From Kiritimatiellia bacterium (GTDB lineage: Bacteria > Verrucomicrobiota > Kiritimatiellia > PWTM01), in contig JAGOHE010000002.1 in the NCBI GenBank assembly GCA_017996315.1, positions 1-43,096 of the forward strand: 43,096 nt of DNA, in the 5' to 3' direction. A program made the position numbers and the translations under genes. How positions within the stretch are numbered: position 1 is the first letter of the stretch; every line of letters starts with the position of its first letter. Shown piece after piece: positions 1 through 8,046 of this stretch. The notes below the pieces were generated by a model. That model was not told the origin of the DNA. It did no database searches and saw nothing but the letters and a program-made list of their open reading frames with translations.

Positions 1-173
1 GGGAAGTGAGCGCATCGCTCCATCGGCGCGACACGCTGGACCGGTCCCGCGCCACGGCGCCCTTGCAGGTGGCGGCGGATGCCGATGTGATTGACTCGTC
101 GGGCATGACCGCCCGCGAGGTGGCCACATACATCATCGGCCGCGTGCGCGCGGCAGGCGGGGGGTGCCTGTGA
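1..173 (+). CDS. cmk: cytidylate kinase, C-terminal fragment (5' part lies outside the window)
   Basis: The frame ending at TGA 171-173 reads ...HRRDTLDRSRATAPLQVAADADVIDSSGMTAREVATYIIGRVRAAGGGCL*. This matches the conserved Cmk C-terminus (pattern RDxxDxxRxxAPLxxAxDAxxIDSS). The stop overlaps the plsC start, and cmk-plsC adjacency is common. It is not in the ORF track because no start lies in the window. Confidence 0.8.
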   Translation, partial: EVSASLHRRDTLDRSRATAPLQVAADADVIDSSGMTAREVATYIIGRVRAAGGGCL

Positions 174-841
174 GCGGCCACGGCGCCAGCCGGTCCACCT
201 TCTTCTACGCCATCGTCACGTGGGGGCTGCGCGTGCTTCTGCGGCTGCTGTTCCACGTCCGCACCAAGGGCGTCCGGAGATTCCCGCAGCACGGGGCTTT
301 TATCGTGGCCGGCAACCACGCCAGCTTCCTCGATCCGCCTGTGATGGGCGCGATGATCAAGGGCTGGATGATTCATTTCATGGCGCGCGATTCGCTGTTC
401 CATCCCCCCTGGTTTGGCGGCGCCCTCCGGAGACTCGGCGTCATTCCGCTCGACCGGGCGCGCGGGGACATTGGGGCCATGCGTAAAGCTCTGCAAACGC
501 TCAAGGAAGGCAAGGCGCTGGGCTTGTTCCCCGAGGGAACGCGATCGCCCGATGGAAACCTCCAGCCCGCGAAAGGTGGCATCGGCTTCCTCGTCGCCAA
601 GGCGGCGGTGCCTGTCTTCCCCGCGTACATTCATGGCACCTTTGAGGCTTGGCCCAAAGGCTCGAAGATGAAGAGGGGAACCCGGGTGACGGTGGTCTAT
701 GGAGATCCCATATCGCCCGAAGAGGTTGTGGCGCTGGGGAAAGGCGAGTACGAGAAAATCGCCGCTCTCATCATGGAGCGAATCGCCGCCCTTCGTCCCG
801 AAGCCATCGCCCTGCTCGACAAACGCCATCGGCCGTCGTAA
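164..841 (+). CDS. plsC: 1-acyl-sn-glycerol-3-phosphate acyltransferase (PlsC/LPAAT family)
   Basis: 225-aa ORF with acyltransferase motif I NHASFLDP (HX4D), motif III FPEGTRS, and later VPVFPAYIHG. Size and order are typical of PlsC. Confidence 0.85.
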   Translation: MPVSGHGASRSTFFYAIVTWGLRVLLRLLFHVRTKGVRRFPQHGAFIVAGNHASFLDPPVMGAMIKGWMIHFMARDSLFHPPWFGGALRRLGVIPLDRARGDIGAMRKALQTLKEGKALGLFPEGTRSPDGNLQPAKGGIGFLVAKAAVPVFPAYIHGTFEAWPKGSKMKRGTRVTVVYGDPISPEEVVALGKGEYEKIAALIMERIAALRPEAIALLDKRHRPS

Positions 842-853
842 AGTATGCGCGTT

Positions 854-928
854 GCGGGCGTAATTCAGCGGTAGAATGTCAGCTTCCCAAGCTGAACGTC
901 ACGGGTTCGATCCCCGTCGCCCGCTCCA
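854..928 (+). tRNA. tRNA-Gly (anticodon CCC), CCA encoded
   Basis: Cloverleaf folded by hand: acceptor GCGGGCG/CGCCCGC, D arm ATTC-AGCGGTA-GAAT, anticodon arm TCAGC-TTCCCAA-GCTGA (anticodon CCC), T arm ACGGG-TTCGATC-CCCGT, then discriminator T and CCA. Confidence 0.9.
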
Positions 929-1219
929 CTCAAAATCTTCGACAACCAGGCCGTTTTCTCGCATTCCTCCCGAGAAAAAGCACACCCCGGCTGTTCGATA
1001 AGGTGCTCATTTTGTGACCGGTTTTGGGGCAAGCGTCCGGTCGCGGTTCACTCCGCCGGCTTCGATCATACGGGACAGTTCCTTCATGGCGGGGTGATCC
1101 TTCAAACTTCCGGCCTTGTGCCGGGGTTTCTTGTCATGCTTCGTCCGATGGTGCCAGACGGTGCGCGCGGGCGGCAGAAGCGGGAACGAGGTCGGCGCGC
1201 CGCGTCGGTCCGCAGCACA

Positions 1220-2311
1220 TCAGTTGGAGCGGGTGAGCAGGGGTTGGAGGAGCGCGCGGAGTTCCGATTCCGGATTCCGGCCGCGGTAACGATCCATGCG
1301 GGATCGCTGGGCGGCGAGGATGCCTTCCCGGAGCTCCGGGTCGCGGCCCACGCGCGCGACCACAGCCGCCAGCAGGTCGAACCGTTTTTCCCGCACCAGC
1401 ACCCCCGCGCCATCGAGCGTTTCCGGTACGGCGGCCGCGGCAAACGCCACCACCGGCACCTCGTGATGCATGGCCTCAAGCAGCGGCGCGCAGAATCCCT
1501 CATGCTCGCTGAGGCAGAGAAAGACGTCGGCATCCCGGTAGGCTTGATTCAGCGCCGCCTGGATTACGGGTCCGGTGAATTCGACGCCTTTCAGGTCCCA
1601 ATGCCGCAGCCGGGTTTCGAGCAAGCCGCGATAGAGCTCGAGCCCGTTGTAGGATCCGACATGCTTCAGCTCGGCCTGCGGATCGTGATACCGGCGCAGA
1701 TAGTAATGCGTCGCCAGCAGATCCTCGATGCGCTTGTTCGGCACACCCCGGCCCACAAAGAGGACGCGCAGCGGATTCCCGGTCCGGGGGCGTCCGCGCC
1801 GGGCGCCCCGGTTGGACGGCGGCCGGCCCCAGGCGGCATAGTCGAATACCAGCGGGAAGACCCGGGGGTTGGCGTAGCCCAGTTCCGCCAATTCCGCCGC
1901 ATTGAACGCGCTATCGGCGAGAACCAGCTCCGCGGCGCCCGATAACCGGGCCATCTGCTCCCGGCCCAGGGCGAGGGCGCGGGCGGTTTCTTCGCGGATG
2001 CCCTTGAAATAATGGGGCGGGGTGATGTTGTGGTAGATCAGCGCGCGGCGCGCGCGCAGCTCGGCGAAGCGCTGATTGGCGAGGGATCCCACGGAGAGGT
2101 GGAGAATGACGATATCGTCGGGCCGGATTTCCGAACCGGCGCGGGCGAGGTCCCGGATATCGGCCCGATGCTCGGGAAATGTGCGGCGATGTTCGCAGTA
2201 AATTTCCGACGCCGCACCCCAGCTCCGAAACATCGCGCGCAGGGCCATCGCTTCGTTGCTGATGGCATCGCCGCGAACGAATCCCGAGACCCATTGATGA
2301 ATGGCATTCAT
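1220..2311 (-). CDS. glycosyltransferase, GT-B fold (GT4/GT1-like)
   Basis: ORF 1220..2506. The first 65 codons are R/G/A-rich and overlap the upstream gene, so I place the start at ATG 2311 (MNAIHQWVSGFVRGDAISNEA...), downstream of the upstream stop. The C-terminal sugar-donor signature is EGFCAPLLEAMHHEVPVVAFAAAAVPETLDGAGVLV (EX7E type). Confidence 0.8.
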   Translation of the reverse strand: MNAIHQWVSGFVRGDAISNEAMALRAMFRSWGAASEIYCEHRRTFPEHRADIRDLARAGSEIRPDDIVILHLSVGSLANQRFAELRARRALIYHNITPPHYFKGIREETARALALGREQMARLSGAAELVLADSAFNAAELAELGYANPRVFPLVFDYAAWGRPPSNRGARRGRPRTGNPLRVLFVGRGVPNKRIEDLLATHYYLRRYHDPQAELKHVGSYNGLELYRGLLETRLRHWDLKGVEFTGPVIQAALNQAYRDADVFLCLSEHEGFCAPLLEAMHHEVPVVAFAAAAVPETLDGAGVLVREKRFDLLAAVVARVGRDPELREGILAAQRSRMDRYRGRNPESELRALLQPLLTRSN

Positions 2312-2319
2312 ACGGCCGG

Positions 2320-3492
2320 TCAGAGGCGCTCCATGGCGCGCATCCATCGCGCTTCGACCTCGGGCCAGGAATACACACGGCGGACAAAATCGCGCCCGCG
2401 CGCGCCCATGGCCTTCCGTTCGTCCGTCCGGTCCAGCAGTCGCGCGAGCATGGTTTCGAAATCCGGGTAATGACGGAACCACCAGCCGCCGCCGCTGCGT
2501 TCGCACTGGTCGCGCAGAACTTCGCTGCCTGCGTGGACGAGGCCCGGTGTGCCGGCGCCGAACGCCTCCAGCAGCACGATCCCGAAACTCTCCAGCCGGG
2601 AGGGATGGATGAATACCCGGGCGCCGGCCATGGCCTCGCGTTTTTCCGCTTCCGGCAGGAACCCGAAATCCCGAACGAAGGGGTGGGACTCCACCTCGCC
2701 GCTGCCGGTCAGCGCGAGGGTTAGCGGATGTCCCGTGCGTTCCCGGAAACAGGCAATGTATTCCAGCAGCAGCGAGGTGCCCTTGAGCGGCTCGCGGCGG
2801 CCGCTGTAGAGCACATAAGGATCCGTCAGTCCATGCCGCTGGGCAAACGCGTCGGGGTCGGCATCGAACGGATCGAGTCCCATTCCGCCGACCGCTCCGC
2901 GTTCGGCCGGGAACGAGAAAAGCCGGGCGGCGAGAGCGCGTTCCGGATCACTGTTGAAGACACATCCGCGGACGGCATGGAACATGTCGCGGATGACCGA
3001 GGTGTGGGCGAAGGGTTCGTCATGCAGGCAGGGCACAAGCAGCGTCTTCCCGGGATGAATTTGCGCGGCCGCGTACGTCACGCCGAAGAGATATGGCCCG
3101 GCGATGATGCGGTCGTATCGCTCGCCTTCCCCGCGCAGGTGATCGTACAACGCGCGGCTGTGGACACTGTGGCGCATCCACGTCTCTTCTTCGGCGCGCG
3201 TCAGGGACGCATGGCGGTCCAGCCGGCTTTGCAGCGAGAGGAAGAGGTGGGGATCCCGGTCGGAATCCACCGGGAACCGGAGCACATCCAGCTCGCCGTC
3301 GGTTTCCCGTCCCTCGGGAAGTTCATTGGCCCACGTAAAATGATTTTGCGCGCAGGTGGCGAGAAAGGTGACGCGCAGGCCGCGCCGCGCGAGTCGGCGG
3401 CCGATTTCGCGCAGGAGTGTTTCCGCCCCGCCCACCGTAGCGCCCGAGGCGTACCGGGGCGATACGATGGCGATAGAACGGACGTCGCTCAT
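2320..3492 (-). CDS. glycosyltransferase, GT-B fold (GT4-like)
   Basis: 390 aa. N-terminus IAIVSPRYASGATVGGAETLLREIGRRLARRG. C-terminal signature ESFGIVLLEAFGAGTPGLVHAGSEVLRD (EX7E). Its ATG overlaps the upstream stop (ATGA at 3489-3492). Confidence 0.8.
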   Translation of the reverse strand: MSDVRSIAIVSPRYASGATVGGAETLLREIGRRLARRGLRVTFLATCAQNHFTWANELPEGRETDGELDVLRFPVDSDRDPHLFLSLQSRLDRHASLTRAEEETWMRHSVHSRALYDHLRGEGERYDRIIAGPYLFGVTYAAAQIHPGKTLLVPCLHDEPFAHTSVIRDMFHAVRGCVFNSDPERALAARLFSFPAERGAVGGMGLDPFDADPDAFAQRHGLTDPYVLYSGRREPLKGTSLLLEYIACFRERTGHPLTLALTGSGEVESHPFVRDFGFLPEAEKREAMAGARVFIHPSRLESFGIVLLEAFGAGTPGLVHAGSEVLRDQCERSGGGWWFRHYPDFETMLARLLDRTDERKAMGARGRDFVRRVYSWPEVEARWMRAMERL

Positions 3493-3968
3493 GCGGGGCC
3501 GGGCCCGGGTCCGTTCGAAGGAGGTTCGCGCCCGGATTCCAGCGCGCGGATGCGTTGTTCCAGCCGCTCGATCTGGAGGCGGTGCTGGTCGTCCATGCGC
3601 TCGATGGCGGTGGCGATCATGCCGTTGACCTGGTTCTGCTGGGACCAGAGCCGGTAGGTATAGAACTTGAGCAGGTTCCAGATCGCGCGCTTGAGCCGGA
3701 TCAGCAGCGGCGCGAATCGCGCGCGGCGTTCGCGGATTTCAAAGTCGCCGATATCCACCACCACCGCGTCGGGCAGACAGCGCAGGTAGTATTCGAGGAA
3801 CGCGCCTTCCTCCCGGCCAGGCGCGAGATTCAGCCGTTCCGCCCGCGCCACCACGGCGTCCGCGTAGAGGCCGGACTGTATGTTCTCATCCACTTCGGCT
3901 TGGATTTCGGCGACCACCCGCCGGGTGTCCACCCCGTCCGCGCCCATGCTGATGACCGGTTCATTCAT
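3489..3968 (-). CDS. hypothetical coiled-coil protein, first gene of the GT operon
   Basis: ORF 3489..3998, with the start placed at ATG 3968 (MNEPVISMGADGVD...). The C-terminal half looks like a coiled coil (RMDDQHRLQIERLEQRIRALE) followed by a P/G tail. It is translationally coupled to the next GT. I recall similar modules fused to methyltransferases or GTs in polysaccharide loci but cannot verify this here. Confidence 0.55.
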   Translation of the reverse strand: MNEPVISMGADGVDTRRVVAEIQAEVDENIQSGLYADAVVARAERLNLAPGREEGAFLEYYLRCLPDAVVVDIGDFEIRERRARFAPLLIRLKRAIWNLLKFYTYRLWSQQNQVNGMIATAIERMDDQHRLQIERLEQRIRALESGREPPSNGPGPGPA

Positions 3969-4193
3969 GCCGCAAGTGTAGCCGTCCGGCGGACGCATTC
4001 CAAGCGCTCAGCCCGGCGCACCCCGGCGCACGACTCGCGTTCCCGGTTCTCCTTCAAAGGCATCTTGCATGCCTCGCCGCTTCGGGCGCGCAGGCGGGGG
4101 GCGTGACTGCAAGTCATCGGGCGGCAGCGAGAAGCGGAGTCGCATCGCGCATCCGCGCTTGCGTTGAGGGAGATCTCCACTCACAATCCGGCC

Positions 4194-4916
4194 ATGAAAT
4201 TTTCCATGGGCGGGGGGTTCGTCTGTTCCATATTCCTTCTGCTGTCCGCCGCGATGGCGCAGGAGGCGCCCGCGGAACGGGCGGAGGACGGGGGCGCGGC
4301 GGCGGTTGAGACGCATCATGTTTCGCGCGGCCAGCGGATAGCCGAGCGGTTGCGGGCTTCGGGTTGGTCCGACGGGATGATTGTTGGCGCGATCTCCACG
4401 CTGCCGATCGTTGAATTGCGCGGCGCGATTCCGGTGGGCATCGGATTTCTTCAGATGCCATGGTGGGAAGCCTTTGCGGTGTCTGTGGCCGGCAACATGC
4501 TGCCGGTGCCGTTCATTCTATGGTTCCTGGGGCCGCTGTCGCGGTGGGGCATGCGGTTTCGGCTCGGCCGACGGTTTTTCGAATGGTTGTTCGCCCGCAC
4601 ACGCCGCAAAACCGCGGGCGTGGAGAAGTACGAGACGCTGGGATTGGCGATTTTTGTGGCGATACCCCTGCCCATGACGGGCGCATGGACGGGCGCCATG
4701 GCGGCGTTCGTGATGGGATTGAGTCTGCGCCACGCCCTGTGGTCCATCCTGCTGGGGGTGCTTGTGGCGGGCGCGATCATGACGGTGCTGGCCAAGCTCG
4801 GGTGGATCGGAGCCACGATCTTCGGTCTGGCGCTGCTGGCCACGATGGCGGGGGGACTGTTGCAGTGGTTGAAACGCGAAACCCCCGCGTCAGGCGCGGA
4901 CCAGCCCGGCGCATGA
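4194..4916 (+). CDS. membrane protein of the putative small multidrug export family (Sm_multidrug_ex-like)
   Basis: ORF 4164..4916 (TTG). The more likely start is ATG 4194 (MKFSMGGGFVCSIFLLLSAAMA, signal-like). Hallmark motif LPIVELRGAIPVGI, then AGNMLPVPFILWFL and IPLPMTGAWTG, with 4-5 TM helices. Confidence 0.7.
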   Translation: MKFSMGGGFVCSIFLLLSAAMAQEAPAERAEDGGAAAVETHHVSRGQRIAERLRASGWSDGMIVGAISTLPIVELRGAIPVGIGFLQMPWWEAFAVSVAGNMLPVPFILWFLGPLSRWGMRFRLGRRFFEWLFARTRRKTAGVEKYETLGLAIFVAIPLPMTGAWTGAMAAFVMGLSLRHALWSILLGVLVAGAIMTVLAKLGWIGATIFGLALLATMAGGLLQWLKRETPASGADQPGA

Positions 4917-4934
4917 TCCGGCGCGCGGTTCGCG

Positions 4935-5576
4935 TTACGATGCGTCCCGGGCTGCCATCGTCATGAAATAGTTGTGTTCAATTTCATCGCCGATGGTCGT
5001 GGGTTCCCCATGGCCGGGATAGACATGCACGGCATGGGGGAGCCGGGCGAGTTTTTTCAGGGATTGCGCCAGACTGCGGCTGCTGGCGCCCGGGAGATCA
5101 GTCCGGCCGACATTGTTCCGGAACAACGTGTCGCCGGAGATCAGCACGGCCTCGGTGGGGAAGTAGTAGCACACGCCGCCGGGGGTGTGGCCCGGAGTTT
5201 CAATCACGCGAAGATCCCAGCCCGCGGCATGTATGGGCACAGACTCCGATACGTCCACCCAGGAAGATTCGGGCCGGACGGGAATATCGTAGTGCGGGGG
5301 CAACTGATTGTTGGGGCCGAAGGCCCAGCGCTCGTCTGCCGGATGTCCGTATACGGGCACGGGGAGGGCGCGGGAAACGTCGGCGAGCGCGGAGAGATGG
5401 TCCATGTGGCCGTGCGTCAGGAGAATCGCCTCGACGCGCGCATGCTTCTGCTTGATCCATGCGAGAATCGCATCGGCGTCCGCGCCGGGATCGAACAGCA
5501 GGGCGGCGCCGTCGGGCTGGCAGGCGAGGTAGCAATTCACTTCAAAGGGTCCGACCGGCAGGGTGTACAGATTCAT
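4935..5576 (-). CDS. MBL-fold metallo-hydrolase (hydroxyacylglutathione hydrolase-like)
   Basis: 213 aa with metal motif THGHMDH (HxHxDH), later ETPGHTPG and GDTLF. Typical GloB-like size. Confidence 0.8.
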   Translation of the reverse strand: MNLYTLPVGPFEVNCYLACQPDGAALLFDPGADADAILAWIKQKHARVEAILLTHGHMDHLSALADVSRALPVPVYGHPADERWAFGPNNQLPPHYDIPVRPESSWVDVSESVPIHAAGWDLRVIETPGHTPGGVCYYFPTEAVLISGDTLFRNNVGRTDLPGASSRSLAQSLKKLARLPHAVHVYPGHGEPTTIGDEIEHNYFMTMAARDAS

Positions 5577-5603
5577 GCGTGACTTTCCTTGACGGCAGGC
5601 TGG

Positions 5604-7895
5604 TTAGAAGAGCTCCCCGGGTTGGACGCGCCGGGGTTCCTCCGGAGCGGGGGGGAGTTGGAGCAGGGCGCGCCATTCCGACTCTGAAATTACGGGTACA
5701 CCTAATTTCCGCGCGTCGGCCAGTTTGTTTGCGCCGGGATCGCGTCCGGCGACCACATACGAGGTTTTGCCGCTGACGGCGCTGGTGACGGTGCCGCCCC
5801 GGGCGCGGACGGCTTCGGTCGCGGCCTCGCGCGAGAATCCCGAGAGGGTGCCGGTGATGACCATGCTGCATCCGGCGAGCGCGTCGCGGACGGCCGGGTT
5901 CTCGCTGCGCGGCTGATTTGTGGGATGAATGCCGAGGTTCTGGAGGCGATTTCGCCAGTCGCGGCCTCGCGGGGAAGCGAAGAAATCCAGCACGGCCTGC
6001 GCGGCCACCGGTCCCACGGGTTTCCAAGCGGGATTTTCAGTTTCTTTTTCCAGAAGAGCAATCCGTTGCTGGAGCGCCGCGTGCCGTTCGGCGCGTTCCG
6101 CGCGTTCCTGATCGTTTCTGGGCCGGCGTGACTGTGATCGGGGATTGATCGCCGCAGCTTCTTCGCGCAGGGCACTGAGTTCCACGATGGCGCGCAGAAT
6201 CCGGGAGTTGGCCAGATCATCCAGGTCCCGATGGCCGCGGCCGAGAGCGCGGGCGAGGGTTTCGCCAATTTCAGGAATGGCCATGGCGAGCAGCCAGCGT
6301 TCCAGAGGCATGGTTCGCGAGCGTTCCAACGCCTGAATGACTTTGTCCGCATTCTCTCCGAACATGCGCGGCTTTCCCGGTTCGCCCAAGTCCAGAAGAC
6401 GCAAATCTTTTTTGGATATGCGGAACAAGTCCAGAGGCTCCTCCACCAAGCCCCGTTCGACGAGTTTCTCGGCAACCACGCCGCCAATTCCCTGGATATC
6501 CAGCGCTTTGCGCTGGGCGAAGTGATCCAGCCGGCGGGGCTTTTGCGCGGGGCATTGAAGGTTGTCGCAATAATGCGCCACGGTTTCGGCCTCTCCGGAT
6601 TTCGACGCGCGCCGGGCGAGGGGACCTCCGCAGGCGGGGCATGTCGAGGGCATGACAAACGGTTGTTCGCGGCCGGTTCGCTTTTCGATGCGGGGGGCAA
6701 TCACGGCCGGGATGACCATGCCGGCTTTTTCGATGACGACCCGGTCGCCCACTCGGATGTCTTTGCGGGCGATATCTTCGGCGTTGTGCAGGGTGGCCCG
6801 GGAAATGGTGGATCCGTCGAGAAAGACCGGTTCCAATTCCGCCACCGGTGTCACCGCGCCGGTGCGGCCGATTTGCAGGGTGATGGCGCGCAGCCGGGTT
6901 TCCGTGCGCTCGATCCATTCGCGGGGTTTGTACGCGATGGCATAGGCGGGGCTGCGGGATTTCAGCCCCAGGCGGTCCCAGAATTCGAGTTCATTGACTT
7001 TGATTACCGCGCCGTCGATGGCAAACGGCAATTCGGCGGCGGACGCTTTGATCTCGTTCGCGGCCGCGAGGGCGTCGCGCATGGTCGGGCAAACCCGGCG
7101 ACTCGGCGGGACCGGCAGTCCCCACGCGCGCAACTGATCGAGGGCCTGGTCATGGCGGGTGAACACGATTCCTTCCGTTCGCGCGACCGCATAGAACACC
7201 ACACGCAGGGGCCGCCCGGCCACCACGCGGGGGTTGAGCTGTTTGAGCGAGCCCGCGGTGGCGTTGCGGGGATTGGGAAACGCGGCTTCTCCGCGCGCGG
7301 TCAGGGCGTGATTGAGGCGTTCGAATCCGGCGAGATCCATATACGCTTCGCCGCGCACCTCGATCCACTCCGGGGGATGGTCGGTGGCCAGCGTCAGGGG
7401 CAGACTGCGAATGGTGCGGGCATTGGAGGTGATGTCGTCGCCTTCGGCTCCGTCGCCGCGGGTGGCCGCGCGGATCATGCGGCCGTTCCGGTACTGAACG
7501 GCGAGCGAAACTCCGTCGATCTTGGGCTCCACGTGATACGTCACGGGGGCGTCGCCGAGGATTTTCCGGACTCGTTGTTCGAAGAGATCGAGCTCATCCG
7601 CATCGCGCGCCTTGTCGAGGGACAGCATGGGCGGATCGTGGCGGACGTGCGGAAATCCCTCGATGGGCGATCCGCCCACCCGGGCGGTAGGGGAGTCGGG
7701 GGTGGCGAGACCGGGGAATCGGGATTCCAGGTCGGCCAGCTCATCGAACAGCCGGTCGTAGGCGGCGTCGGTGATTTCCGGGTGCGCTTCGACGTAATAC
7801 AGCCGATCGTGACGGGCGATTTCACGGCGGAGTTCCGCTGCTTGATGCGCGATCTCTGCCGGAATGCCGGGTTTGGCTGGATTCTGGGGGGCCAT
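5604..7895 (-). CDS. ligA: NAD-dependent DNA ligase
   Basis: ORF 5604..7967, with the start placed at ATG 7895 (MAPQNPAKPG...). Domain Ia LRREIARHDRLYYV, adenylation motif EPKIDGVSLAV (KxDG), Zn finger CPACGGPL...HYCDNLQCPAQ, HhH region, and C-terminal BRCT (GKTSYVVAGRDPGANKLADARKLGVPVISE). Confidence 0.95.
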   Translation of the reverse strand: MAPQNPAKPGIPAEIAHQAAELRREIARHDRLYYVEAHPEITDAAYDRLFDELADLESRFPGLATPDSPTARVGGSPIEGFPHVRHDPPMLSLDKARDADELDLFEQRVRKILGDAPVTYHVEPKIDGVSLAVQYRNGRMIRAATRGDGAEGDDITSNARTIRSLPLTLATDHPPEWIEVRGEAYMDLAGFERLNHALTARGEAAFPNPRNATAGSLKQLNPRVVAGRPLRVVFYAVARTEGIVFTRHDQALDQLRAWGLPVPPSRRVCPTMRDALAAANEIKASAAELPFAIDGAVIKVNELEFWDRLGLKSRSPAYAIAYKPREWIERTETRLRAITLQIGRTGAVTPVAELEPVFLDGSTISRATLHNAEDIARKDIRVGDRVVIEKAGMVIPAVIAPRIEKRTGREQPFVMPSTCPACGGPLARRASKSGEAETVAHYCDNLQCPAQKPRRLDHFAQRKALDIQGIGGVVAEKLVERGLVEEPLDLFRISKKDLRLLDLGEPGKPRMFGENADKVIQALERSRTMPLERWLLAMAIPEIGETLARALGRGHRDLDDLANSRILRAIVELSALREEAAAINPRSQSRRPRNDQERAERAERHAALQQRIALLEKETENPAWKPVGPVAAQAVLDFFASPRGRDWRNRLQNLGIHPTNQPRSENPAVRDALAGCSMVITGTLSGFSREAATEAVRARGGTVTSAVSGKTSYVVAGRDPGANKLADARKLGVPVISESEWRALLQLPPAPEEPRRVQPGELF

Positions 7896-7969
7896 GATTG
7901 ACGATGAATGTAAACTCCCGGCGGGGCGCTGTCGAGGCGCCGCCGAGTCTGGAACATTATACAACAAGC

Positions 7970-7996
7970 GGGGAGCGGGATGGGTTCCCGCTCCCC
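7970..7996 (-). terminator. stem-loop between pilQ-like and ligA (candidate intrinsic terminator)
   Basis: Perfect 11-bp inverted repeat GGGGAGCGGGA-TGGGT-TCCCGCTCCCC. On the minus strand it is followed by GCTTGTTGTATAATGTT, which is T-rich for this genome. Confidence 0.5.
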
Positions 7997-8020
7997 GGCC
8001 TCGAAACTTCCAACTGTCTC

Positions 8021-8041
8021 ATGGCCCGCGATGCGGGCCAT
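8021..8041 (-). terminator. stem-loop immediately after the pilQ-like stop
   Basis: ATGGCCCGC-GAT-GCGGGCCAT, a 9-bp stem with a 3-nt loop, a few nt downstream of the stop codon at 8047-8049. No T tract follows, so its function is uncertain. Confidence 0.35.
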
Positions 8042-8046
8042 ATGAT

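Noticed and set aside
3969-4193. A possible guanidine-type or other riboswitch upstream of the small-multidrug-export-family gene
   Set aside because: I looked for paired hairpins with ACGR loops and other conserved riboswitch cores and found nothing convincing. The region also serves as a divergent promoter spacer. An Rfam scan would settle it.
6231-7901. 556-aa plus-strand ORF antisense to ligA
   Set aside because: This is a shadow ORF of a very well supported gene, with low-complexity G/R/A-rich translation.
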